Assembly (NCBI RefSeq): GCF_004010195.1
Contig: NC_057750.1
Location: 19,415,366 to 19,479,365, forward strand
DNA from: Chiloscyllium plagiosum
Taxonomy: Eukaryota
DNA: 64,000 nucleotides
Direction: 5' to 3'
Under the pieces are notes generated by a model that made no database searches, was not told where the DNA came from, and saw nothing but the letters and a program-made list of their open reading frames with translations. Of the stretch, positions 24,172 to 36,150 are shown in pieces (position 1 is the first letter of the stretch; each line of letters begins with the position of its first letter). A program made the position numbers and the translations under genes.

Positions 24172-24895
24172 TGAGTGCCTACCATGAGGGACTTTGTCAA
24201 AAACCTTAGCAAAATCCATGTACTCAATATCTACTGCTTTCCCCCTCATCGATCATCTTTGTCACCTCCTCACAAAATTCAATCATGTTCGTAAGACATG
24301 ACCTGCCCTGCACAAAGCCATGCTGACTGTTCCTAATTAGTCTGTGCTTTTCCAAACATGCATGAATCCTATCCCTAAAGATCCTCTCCAATGGCCTCCC
24401 AACTACTGATGTGAGACTCACCAGTCTATAGTTTCCTGGATTATCCCTATTTCCCTTCTTGAACAGAGGAACAACATTAGCTCCTTGCTACTCCTCCTGG
24501 ACCTCTCCAGTGGCTAGTGAGGATACAGAGAACTTGATCAAGGTCCCAGCAATCTCCTCTCTTGCCTCTCTCAAAAACCTGCAGTAGATACCATCGGGCC
24601 TGGGGACTTATCCACCTTAGTGCTCCTAAAGAGACTAAAACACCACTTTCTTCTTGATTTAAAATGCCCGAGCATATTTACGTGGTCCACACAAATCTCA
24701 CTATCCTCTATTTCCTTCTCCTGGGTGATTCCTGATGCAAAGTACTCATTTAGAATCTCACCCAAATCCTCTGTCTCCAAGCACAAGTTCCCTCCTGTAG
24801 TCCTGAGTGGTCCGACCTTCTCCCCAGTTATCCTCTTGTTTTAATGTATCTACAGAATGCCCTGGGATTCTCAATACCCCTACTTGCCAAAGATT
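24172..24895 (-). mobile_element. CR1 LINE ORF2 fragment
   Basis: Minus-strand EILNEYFAS, KVDKSPGP, SQHGFVQGRSCLTN, YMDFAKVFDKVPHGR. Confidence 0.88.
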
Positions 24896-26308
24896 TTAAA
24901 ACAAGTTGGGGCTGGGATCGAAGGTGGACATGTCCAAAATTCCTTATCACTCATTGTTGTAGCCATATATAGAAAGCGGGAAAATGGGGTTGAAAAACCT
25001 ATCAGCCATGATTGAATGGTGGAGCAGTCTCAATGGGCCGAATGGCCTAATTTCTGTTCCAATGTCTTATTGTCTATACTAGTTTGGTGCACAATATCAA
25101 CCATCAAGCCAGGGCAGGTTTATAAGATCCAAATTTAGGATTGACCAATCTGCTTTAAATTTGAAAACTGATACGCCAACGACTTTGGCCTATCTGTACC
25201 AAGCTAATTTCTTTATTCATTCTTTCCTGCATGTGAGCACTGATATCTGGGCCAGCATCAACTTGCCATCTTTAATAGCTCTGGCGAAGTTAAAGATGAA
25301 CCCACTTTCTTGAACTAGTACTGTCCATGTTTAAGTGCACTTATAATGCTGTTAGGGAGACAGTGCCAGGTTTTTGATCCAGTGACACTGAAGGAACAAT
25401 GCGATAATTCCAAGTCAGGATTGAGGGGAACTTGCAGGAGTTCTCATGTTCTTGCCCTTGACCTTCAAGACAGCAATGACTGTGGGTTTGGAAGGTGCTG
25501 ACTGTGGAGCCTTGGTAAATTTCTGCAGTGCATCTTACAGATAGTACACATTACTGCTACTGTGGATAAATGATGTAAGGAATAAATGTATAAGACGATG
25601 GATTGGGTGCTGATCAAGTGGGCTGCTTCCCTTGATGGTGTTTCTTTGTTGTAGCTGAACTCATTCAACAACAAGTGAAAAATCTCATTCAACAACAAAT
25701 AGAGCATTGGAAATCTGGAACCTTTATCTAAACTAAGGTTTTTAGTTTTTGTTTTGCAATGAGCATTTTAAAGAAGATGGAGGAGAGTGATAAACCATAA
25801 CACAGAGTAGAAGTAAGGCCATTTAGCCCATCGAGTCCACTCTGCCATTTAATCATGGCTGATGGGCATTTCAACTCCACTTATCCACATTCTGCCCTTA
25901 TCCCTGAATTCCTTGCGAGATCAAGAATTTATCAATCTCTGCCTTGAAGACATTTCATATCCCTGAAGTTGTGGATCAACTAAATGAATGGCAAAGCAGG
26001 TATAAAGGATTGAATATGCTCTTCCTATTCATTCCTGAATAATTATTATTTGGGGATGGCAATGCAGAGGAATTACTGAATGCAACAGCATTAGCATGTT
26101 TTCTTGGGAAATGTTACATTTCCATTCTCTCATTCCTGTTGGAAACAATGAATGCTGTCTGGCTTGAGGTGTGATGTTGCTATCAATTTACAAATTAACC
26201 TTTTTTTGGGATGCTACTTCTTTCCTGAAGATTTTACATTGTGGATAGAGGTTTGTGGTGACAAAGCTCCTGATAATTATCTTAGCTCTCTAACTCTTGT
26301 GCTTTCAG

Positions 26309-26438
26309 GGAAGGCAGGCAGGAGGTCATTCTCTTGGCACTGGTGGTACGTGGTGATGGCAGTCGCTGTAGCCATGGCCTCTGCCATTTGCCTTGCTGTG
26401 CTTGTTGCCCGACTGAGGAAGAAGGATGTTCGATATGG
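26309..26438 (+). CDS. AXL: AXL exon, transmembrane segment
   Basis: cttgtgctttcag| acceptor and GG|gtaag donor; 130 nt, phase 1 to 2. Encodes (G)KAGRRSFSWHWWYVVMAVAVAMASAICLAVLVARLRKKDVRY(G), versus AXL 'FSWPWWYVLLGAVVAAACVLILALFLVHRRKKETRYG'. Confidence 0.95.
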
Positions 26439-27499
26439 GTAAGAATTTACTGTTTCATTTCATGAACTTGCTTTTCATTCACAGCCAATGGATGAGGCTG
26501 GGCACGGTGGTGGAGCGTAGTGGGGATGGACTCACAGTCAAAGAACAAACCCTTGAAATTTGAAAATTACCTGCCATTAAGTATTCAAAATCCGTGGAAC
26601 AGACGAGCAAGAAAATTAACGCCCACCTGCTCCATTTATATGGAAACACTGGTCACTTTTATAAATGTATTCAATGTGTCTGTGCGAGTTGACATTAAGG
26701 AAATATAACATGACTAGTCTGCACAGCTAGTTTCACATTTTACTCTGATGCATAGAAAAACATGAAGTAGAAAGCAAATGAACAGAAACTGAAAACGTAA
26801 CTTAAAAAGTGCAAAACTTTTATATTGCAGAATTAATCAAAATAGTGAATGTAAGCATCATTTACCCATTCAAAATTTTTGAGGCCCTGAATTGTCTTGG
26901 ATATTGTTCATTTCCTCAAGTGCTTTTTGAACATGTCCACCCTGTATTCGGTGGTGTGAGGTAAGAGAAAGTGTTTGCAGTTGTTAGTACTCAGGGACTT
27001 CCCAAAGGGATGAGAAAGGACCTCTAGACCGATCTCCTGGGGCAAAAACTTGCATGGTCTATGCTGTCTGAAGTTCACCAGATGGCAGCACCCAAAGGAC
27101 TTGATGAATAATTAATCCAACCTTTGGCTTTTGCCCAATTCTATAATCCCTCCAATATCTCAGTACCACCTGGCAGTTTCACCTCGAGGGAAAATGAAGA
27201 ATATACTCTATATCCTATCTGTAAAATGAAGAGATAATGCATCTATAGGTGAACTACAAACTCTACATGAGATTATTCATTAGTTTAGTCCCACTGAATA
27301 ACAAGTTATTAGTGACTGATATAAGTTTAATGCTACACCTATCATCACAAATATTCATCATTGCTTTCTGAAACCCAACATTGGTTATTAAAAATTTAGA
27401 AAATTAATTTCAAGAATTATTGCTTTCTGTGAATTACAGTGCAACTATTCATTGATAGCTCTGATCTCCATACATGGGGCTTGCTAACTCTGCCAGGGT

Positions 27500-27822
27500 T
27501 GATTAGATTACATTAGATTAGATTCCCTACATTATGGAAACAGTCCCTTCAGCTCAACAAGTCCACACCGACCCGCCAAAGAGTAACCCACCCAGACCCA
27601 TTTTCCTCAGACTAACGTACCTAACACGATGGGCAATTTACCATGGCCAATCCACCTGACCTGCACATCTTTGGACTGTGGGAGGAAACCGGAGCACCCG
27701 GAAGAAACCCATGCACACACGGGGAGAATGTGCAAACTCCACGCAGACAGTCACCCGAGGCTGGAATCAAACTTGGGACCCTGATGGTGTGAGGCAGCAG
27801 TGCTAACCACTGAGCCACTGTA
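27500..27822 (-). mobile_element. HE1 / V-SINE
   Basis: (gatta)n tail at the left end; reversed V-domain and head. Confidence 0.85.
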
Positions 27823-28354
27823 TGCATTTCTATCAAGTGTGGCATGGTGCTGGTGATGTATCATCTTACCCAGCCACAGGACTTGGGTAATTTGGCTTAA
27901 TTCTTATATTAGAGTTGGCAGGTGTGGTTAGGCAGATCAGCCAAGCCACCACAACATCTTTGATTCTAACACTCCAGACAGACTTCAGAGAGGTAAGTGG
28001 GAAAGTAAAATGGATTAAAAATGTGAATACTTTATTGGTAGAATGATAAACTTGGGGGAGGGAGGTGGGAAGGTTTAATAACTGTTACCGTAATAATGAA
28101 GATACATTATCAATGATGTCAAATAGTGTCACACCATATGGAACTATGACCTGAAGGACAAGCGTTCACTGGAGGCCTGTGAATACTTAATAAATAATTC
28201 ACACGAGTCTGGTTTTCAGTCTGTATTTCTTATAAGCACCCAAAAGTCAGATATGATAATTACACAAATTCATTGTGTTTCCCCAGTAATCCCCAACCTC
28301 AGCATGTGCCAAAATTAACCAGAGTAATCAACAAAAAAAACCTTTTATTTCATA

Positions 28355-28520
28355 TATACTCACTCTCACACACATGGCACTCACACGTTGTCACATACAC
28401 TCACGCTTAGACACAGTCTCCCCCCTCACTCACATTCACGTACTTACACTCGAGTCACACACATTCCCTCTCTACCACACAAAGTAGGAGACAGGCACTC
28501 TCACAATGTCACACAGTGGC
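28355..28520. repeat. Degenerate (CA)/(CT)-rich low-complexity tract
   Basis: cactctcacacaca...tcacacattcacg...tcacacacattccc. Confidence 0.55.
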
Positions 28521-29382
28521 ATAGCATTTTGCACCATCCCTTTCTGTGTGTTGTTCACTGGCTCTCAGAGACCTATAGAGTCAAAATAAAGGGGAATGCT
28601 GAGGGTATCTGCCTGAAACATTCATTATTGCACTCAGAACCAATTTTTATGATTAGTTCTCCAAATGATTTTGACAGTTGATCTCTATTTTCCACATAGC
28701 ACCATTATGCCACTGTCCATCCCCCCCCCATCCCGGATTAGTTCATGAACATTTCACCTTCTCCTTCACAGCAATGTTTATTCAAATCTTCCAAACTGCA
28801 GTGAGGGACTTGCCATCTAGAATTGTCAGAATTGTGTTGATTGTTACTTTGGAAAATCTCTACATCAAGTTTTATTTTGCTTCCAATGAACCTGTTTATC
28901 AATCAAGGCAGGGAAAGCTGTCCAATACCAAAGTCTTTTCAGAATACAGCATTCACTTGCAGAGGCCTGTCCATCCTCGGCCCTTCTATGCAGATAGCTC
29001 TTGGAATGGAGCTGCCAAATCTTGGGTGGATATGCTCAAGTTGGTTTCATCATATGTCACCAACAGCTCGACCCCTACTGTATAATTTGTTGTCTGACTC
29101 AATTTTTACAGCGCCTTGCAAAAAGGTTTATTAAACCATGTGCCTTACGGACAGCAAATCATCACCTGATTAGGTGATTCTTTAATCAATGGGAAACAAC
29201 CATTTTCCTCAACTCCAAAGTTGCACAAAGTAAACTTTTTTTTTAATGCCTCTGATTTATTTATATATCAAAGGAGAGTAAGCTTTAATTCCTGGAGATT
29301 CCAGGATATAATGTTGGCAACTCTGGCTCAGAATGCTTTGGTCTTATAAAGTGCAGTCCTCACTCTTGTGTGCATTCTACAG

Positions 29383-29474
29383 TGAAGCCTTTGAACCCAT
29401 GATCGAGAGAGGGGAGTTGGTGGTGCGTTACCGAGTGAAGAAGTCATACAGCAGAAGGACTAATGAGGCCACGT
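29383..29474 (+). CDS. AXL: AXL exon, cytoplasmic juxtamembrane region
   Basis: gcattctacag| acceptor and T|gtgagt donor; 92 nt, phase 2 to 1. Encodes EAFEPMIERGELVVRYRVKKSYSRRTNEAT, nearly identical to AXL 'EVFEPTVERGELVVRYRVRKSYSRRTTEAT'. Confidence 0.96.
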
Positions 29475-29689
29475 GTGAGTAATCTGCGCTAATCTAACAG
29501 TAGCATTTACTGGCTTGTTTCAAGGAAAACCAAAGCTTTCAACTAACCTCCATTTTTAAGTCATGCTGACACCTGTCTGCAAAATGTCTACAATTAGATG
29601 TTTTGGGTTATAGGCATTGAGGCCTTAACATTAGGCTCTTCAAATATTGATGCACAAGTACTTTACATGTGTAACTGAATCTCTCATTA

Positions 29690-30350
29690 ACAACATCCTA
29701 GGTTGATCAGAAACTAAACTAGAACAACCATATCCATAAATACTGTAGCTACAAGAACCCGTTAGAGGCTAGGAAATCTATGACAAGGATATCTATCACT
29801 GCCCTAAGTCAAATCACCATCTTTCAGGCACAAATCAGGATTACTGTTGGATGGCTCACTGTTTGCCTGGATGAGTATAACACCAACAACACTCAAGAAG
29901 CTCAACACCATCCATGACAAAGCTGTCCACTTGCTTGGCATCCAGTCCACCACCTTCAGCATTCACTCCTTCCCTCTGACACTCCATCCTGGCAGTGTGT
30001 ACCACCTACAAGATATTCTGCATTATTTCACCAATGCTCCTCAGACAGCATCTTCCAAATCCACAATCACTACCATCTAGAAGGACAAGAGCAGCAGACA
30101 CACGGGAATATCACCTCCTGCAAGTTTCCCTTCAAGATATTCACCTTCAGGCTTGGAAAATTCTTAGAACTCCCTCCTTCGTATTAATGTCGGTGTACCT
30201 ACACCAAATGGACTACAGCAATTCAATAAAGCAGCTCCCCACCACATTTTCAAAGGCAATTAGGATGGGAAATTATTGCTGCCCTAGCCAGCGAACTCTA
30301 AGTCCAATGAATGAATTAGAGTAAGCTTTAATTCCTGGAGAATGAATGAA
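29690..30350 (+). mobile_element. LINE 3' fragment (second CR1/L2-clade family)
   Basis: AWMSITPTTLKKLNTIHDKAVHLLG, and the tail 'ggcaattaggatgggaaattattgc...aatgaatgaa'. Confidence 0.6.
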
Positions 30351-31233
30351 TTTAAAAAAAAAGGTTTTGAGTGGTTTCAGTTGAGACCTGCAATTGTTCA
30401 TCTCAGAACCATGGAACAAAATATTTTTGATAATATTAATTGACAAACCTATTTCAAGCACCAAACAATTGGTGAATAATTCTGCAGTCTTTCTTTGCCC
30501 CATTCTTTCCTTTTTCTAACCTGAGACTCTGGTAATGACTAATTTGATACTGAAATTGGAAATCTTTGCTGTGAGTGGCCAGACATTGGCTAATGGTAAA
30601 ATGTGATTGTAATTGCTGCCTGGAAATGAGAGAATTGAAGACACTGGATTCCTCACCTCTCACACATTCTGTGCCCAAACTGGTAACATTTGAGATTATG
30701 AGGGATGAATTTTTCACGCCACTAAGAGAAGAAAAATTCCAGATTTCCTTTGATTTGAACTGGAAATTAGTTAGCCTTGGATTTTGTTCCAATGACCCTG
30801 GAGTAGGGCTTGGGCCCACAGTCTTGGGGATAATATCCACTGAACCATGATTTAAGCAAATAGTCACCCTTATTACCTGCCTAGCTGAAGTCAGCTGATT
30901 TTACAGGGATTATTTTATTGGACTAGTAATCTATGACTGTGCTGGCCTGCCCTGTCTTGTGCACATCCAGCAGTCTCATTGCAAACAAGCTCTCTAAAAC
31001 AGGCACACAAATGACAGGCACCTGGATAAAGGTTAGAATCATGTCTCTGTTGCTTAAGATGGAAAGGCTGTGTCAGTGGTAATGTCACTGGATTAGCAAT
31101 CCAGGGTCCCACATTTGTGTTCAGGCATGTGAGTTCAAATGGTGATGTTTGAATTCGATAAAAAGCTTGAATAAACAGCTGGCCTAATGGTGACTTGTAA
31201 TCATTGGCATTAATACCTATAATCAATGGCTTG

Positions 31234-32860
31234 GGTGGCATAGTTGCTCAGTGGATAGTACTGCTGCCTCATAGCACCAAGGACCAGGGTTCAAAAAAAA
31301 AGAACAACGAACAAAGGAAATTATAGCACAGGAACAGGCCTTTTGACCCTCCACACCTGCACCGATCCAGATCCTCTACCTAAACCTGTCATCCATTCTC
31401 TAAGGGTCTGTATCCCTCTGCTTCCTGCTCATTCATGTATCTGTCTAGATACATCTTAAATGACTATCGTGCCTGCCTCCACTGGCAACATGTTCCAGGC
31501 ACCCACCACCCTCTACGTAAAGAACTTTCCACGCATATCTCTCTTAAACTTTTCCCCTCTCACCTTGAACTAGTGACTCCTAATAATTGAGTCCCCCATT
31601 CTGGGAAAAAGCATATTGCTATCCACCCTCTCATGATTTTATTGACCTCAATCTGGTTGCCCCCTCAACCCATGTCTTTCTAATGAAAACAATCCTAATC
31701 TACTTAACCTCTCTTCATAGCTAGCACCCTCCATACCAGAAAACATCCTGGTGAACTTCCTCTGCACCCTCTCCATAGCATCCACACCCTTTTGGTAATG
31801 TGGCGACCAGAACTGTATGCAGTATTCCAAATGTAGACAAACCAAAGTCTTCTTCAACTGTAACATTACTGCCAAGTCTTGTACTCAATACCCCGTGCAA
31901 TTAAGGAAAGCATGCTGTATGCCTTCTTGACCACTCTGTCGACCTGCCCTGCCACCTTTAGGGTACAATAGACCTGAACACCCTGATCTCTCTGTACATC
32001 AATTTTCCTCAGGGCTTTTCCATTTACTGTACAGTTCGCTCTTGAATTGGATCTTCTAAAATGCATCACCTCATATTTGCTCAGATTAAACTCCATCTGC
32101 CATTTCTCCATCCAACTCTCCAATCCATCTATATTCTGCTATATTTGCTGACAGTCCCCTTCACTATCTGCTACTCCATCAATCTTAGTGTTATCTGCAA
32201 ACTTGCTAAATCAGGCAACCGATACCTTCCTCTAAATCATTTATGTATATCACAAATGAGAGTGGTCCCAGCACGGATCCCTTTGGAACGCCACTGGTCA
32301 CAGGTCTCTTTTTTGAGAAACTCCCTTCTACTACCACTCTCTGTCTCTTGCTGCCAAGCCAGTTCTTTGCCCATCTAGCTAGTATACCCTGGACCCCATG
32401 CAACTTCACTTTCTCCATTAGCCTACCATGGGAAATCTTATCAAACACCTTACTGAAGTACATCTATATGATATCTACAGCCCTTCTCTCACGATTAAAG
32501 GCCCCAGGCAGAAACCCTGCCCCTGAGAGATCCTGGCCCAGCAGAGGCTACTGCTGAATGTGTCTCCAATTCCACCCTCAGGTACTGACTGTGTAGAGTT
32601 TGCACATTCTCCCTGTGTCTGCATGGATTTCCATCAGGTGTTCTTTTTTTTTTCCCCACAGTATAAAGATGTACAGGTTAGGTGGATTGGCCATGCCAAA
32701 TTGCCCATAGTGTCTAGGGAAGAGTAGGCTAGGTGGATTAGTTATGGGAAATGCAAGGCTAGGGCAGGGGATGGGTCTTGGTGGGATGCTCTTCGGAGGA
32801 TCGGTGTAGACTTCAAGAGCTGAATGGCCTGCTTTCACCCTGTAGAGACTCTATGATCCT
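31234..32860 (+). mobile_element. HE1 SINE split at its B-box by a minus-strand CR1 (~31295-32490)
   Basis: Head 'gggtggcatagttgctcagtgg...gggttcaa' at 31234-31294 resumes as 'caattccaccctcagg...gtgtagagtttgcac' at ~32567. The inner CR1 reads [20 protein letters not shown]. Confidence 0.82.
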
Positions 32861-34391
32861 ATGAAAAATGCAATCTCATCAGAAATCCCTCTAAAAATCA
32901 AAATCAGCCATCCTGACCTGGTCTTTTCCACGTGGGGCTCAAGATCCATGGTAGTGTGATTGACACTTGACTGCCGCCTGGGTAGTCAGGGTTGAGCAAT
33001 AAATACTGGCCTGGCCAGTAATACCGACATCCCATGTGCAAATATAAAGTCTGTCCACACACAGCTGAGCATGATGTCAATGAAAATTACTTTATATAAA
33101 GAGTGGAATGTGACTAATTCTGGGTGGTGACAGTGTAAATTATAGCAAGCTGTGAGTAAAACAGCTGTGCACATATTTTGTAAATATCCACTGTTTAAAA
33201 GGGCAGATGTGAATGATTCCCTCATTTCTGAGTGCGTCTGCTTTGTAGATCTGCCTGCGCTCCTTGGGTCAGGGATGTGTTTGCTGGTGGCTAAATGTCA
33301 ACCATTTTTGACTTTAACTCGACAACAACAGAAATGAGGTCAGTGAGGCAGGACTGATATTGCAGATGTGAGACCGCCTGCACACTGTCAGAAATTTTAA
33401 AACCAATCTGTTCATGTTGAGTCACAGTATTTCATAATTCCTACCAAAACAAAACACCCATCTGCACAAATGGGTCTATACTCAGACATGTCACCAGTTT
33501 GCAGTTGGGCCAGGGGTGGTGTAGCAGAAGGGGGTGGGGTGGGGAAATATGGTTGTGGACACCTACAGCTGCTTCAGTCTGTTGGAAAAGTGCAGTGAAA
33601 CCAGAGCTGAAGGCAAGATTGGGTCTGATGTGACCTGTCAAATACTCAGCTGGGGCACATGGCTGGAAAAGAGTGTTTACTTTTATTCTGTAACAGGAAG
33701 AGGGCGTCACTGGCTAGGCAACACTTGTTGTCCATCCCTAATTGCCCAGAGGACAGTTACGAGTCAACTACATTACTGTGGGTCTGGAGTCACATGTAGG
33801 CCAGACCAGGTAAGGATGGCAGTTTTCTTCCCTAAAGGACATTAGTGAACCAGATGGGTTTTTCTGACAATTGGCAATGGATTTATAGGAGTCATTGGAT
33901 TCTTAATTCCAGATAGTTATTGAATTTAAATTCCACCACCAGATATTTATTGAATTCAAATTCCATCCATGGTGTGATTTGAACCCAGGTCCCTGGAACA
34001 TGACCTGGGTCTCTGGATTAACAGTCCAGTAATAATATGAGGCCACCACCTCCCCAGTTACAGGACTGATACACCAGACCCTGAGTTATGACAATTGGTC
34101 GAATGATTTGTTTGAAATCACCTCATTTTCCACCTTGGAACCCTCCAACCACATGGAATGAACTTCTATAAGGTCACCTCTCAACTTCCTAAGCTCCAAT
34201 GAAAATCAAATCCCTCTATCCAGCTTACTCAGACCCTCCATTCCCAGCACATCATGGCAAATCTTTTCTGAATCCCCTCCAAAGTAATAATGTCCTGAGA
34301 TCTGAGAAAACATGGTACCTAACAGGGTGGTAGAGATCCTCTTGTAACATTTAAGATGCATCTGGATGAGTATTTAAACTGTCAGGGGATA

Positions 34392-34723
34392 CAGGTACAC
34401 AATCCTTTATCCAAAATCCTTGGGACCAGTTGTTTTTCGGAATTTGGAATTTTTTGGATTTCAGAATAAATGACATTTTCACAATGAAATAAAAAAAACC
34501 TAACAGCAGACGCATGTGTGACTAGTATGAGCGCTGAAACACAATTGACGCCTGCCAGTGCTGGGCCACGCCGCCATGTCACATCTGAGTGACATGGTTC
34601 AAGTGGGTGTGGAGTTGGGCCACCTGCTCACATGCCAAAGTAACGTTCCACACTCCATGAAAAACTTTTCAGATTTCAGAGTTTTTTGGATGACAAAATT
34701 TTGGATAAAGGATTGTGTACCTG
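34392..34723. mobile_element. Tigger/pogo-type MITE (Tc1/mariner superfamily)
   Basis: Perfect 26-bp TIRs caggtacacaatcctttatccaaaat (34392-34417 / 34698-34723) with TA TSD (34390-91 / 34724-25); inserted in a CR1 3' end. Confidence 0.9.
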
Positions 34724-35839
34724 TAGTAGGCTATGTACCATGTGCAGGTAAATGGGAATAATGTTGGTTGGTGTTTACTGGTCAATGCAGACTTGGGTGG
34801 GCGAAAGGGCTAGTTATTGTGCTATAGGACTCTATGACTCTAGATAGGTACCAAGGTTCCATGGCAAGGCAGGTATCCTATGAACTATTCAGCTTTTATC
34901 CAATGTGCCGAGCACAAAATACCTTCTCACTTGTCATTTTACATTGGTTCAAATTAGTCGTCCAGACACAGGTTTAGAAAGACACAATCTATTGGCCCCT
35001 GTCACAATTACAGTGAAAATGGTGAGCTGATTTTAGCTGCTGAGCTCCTACTGCAGAACTTTATACAAGTGGACTTCATTTTGGAAGTTGGTAACCAAGG
35101 TATGTGCCTGAGTTCTGCAAGCATTCTTCCTGAGTTTACAGACTTGAACAATGACCCAACTGAGGTGGCTTAAGATGATCAAAAGTGCATCAAAGCATTG
35201 TTAGAGAGGAACTGTTGAACCTGCTGTGGACATATTGCCTTAAGGACCAAGACTTCAAAATCTAAGGTACAAAAATACAAATTGTTGGAAAAGCTCAGCT
35301 GGTTCTTGCAGCATCTGTGGGGAGAAATCAGGGTTAACTTTTTGGGTCAAGTGACTCAGAACCTGTAAACTGGAGGTGGCTGTTTGTGGTTTATGTCAGG
35401 AAGTGAATCTTCACACAAAGGGAGTAGAAATGTTTTGAGACTGACTCAAATGGAAATGCCCAAAATTCAGTCAACATAGTTTTGTTTGGCAAATGGTACT
35501 GAGACATGTAGAATGAAGGTGGCGAAGTAAATCAGCCAAATTCTAATTGGATGGTGGAATTGGTTTGAGTTGAATAGCTTTGTTCTGCAAATCCGTAACA
35601 TGTAAAAGCATGGACGTTTCTCACACCCTCCTTCCACCGTGCGGAAGTCATGGGGAGAACAGTTAAGATCTATATTGCATGAGGCTAGCTTGCAGTTTTC
35701 CAATCTGACTTTGGAAATTATTTCTCCATGACAGTTTTCTTATTAATAAAAACACATTCTAGTGTTTGTTGTTAGTTTGTCTGCAGCTAGACATTGTTTG
35801 TCGCATTTACCAGAGTCTCAGCAAATTCCCAGTATTCCA

Positions 35840-36150
35840 GTCTGGAAACAGGCCCATTGGCTCAACAACTCTAAACCAACCCTCTGAAGAGTATCCACCT
35901 AAACCCATTCCTCTACATTTACCCCTGATCAATGCACTAAACCTATACATCCCTGAACACTATGCGCAATTTAGCACAGCCAATTCACCTAACCTGCACA
36001 TCTTTGGACTATGGGTGGAAACCCATGAAATGTGGGGAGAATGTGCAAACTCTACACAGACAGTGTCCCGACAGTGGCCTGAGGCTGGAATCGAACCCGG
36101 GTCCCTGGTACTGTGAGGCAGCAGTGCTAACCACTGAGCCACCATGCCGT
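35840..36150 (-). mobile_element. HE1 / V-SINE
   Basis: Reversed head 'gtgaggcagcagtgctaaccactgagccaccatgccg' and V-domain. Confidence 0.85.

Noticed and set aside
26152..26442. Stand-alone 96-aa membrane protein ORF
   Set aside because: Only 26309-26438 is exonic (AXL TM exon); the rest is intronic read-through. The same applies to the ORFs at 9089, 22943 and 59060.
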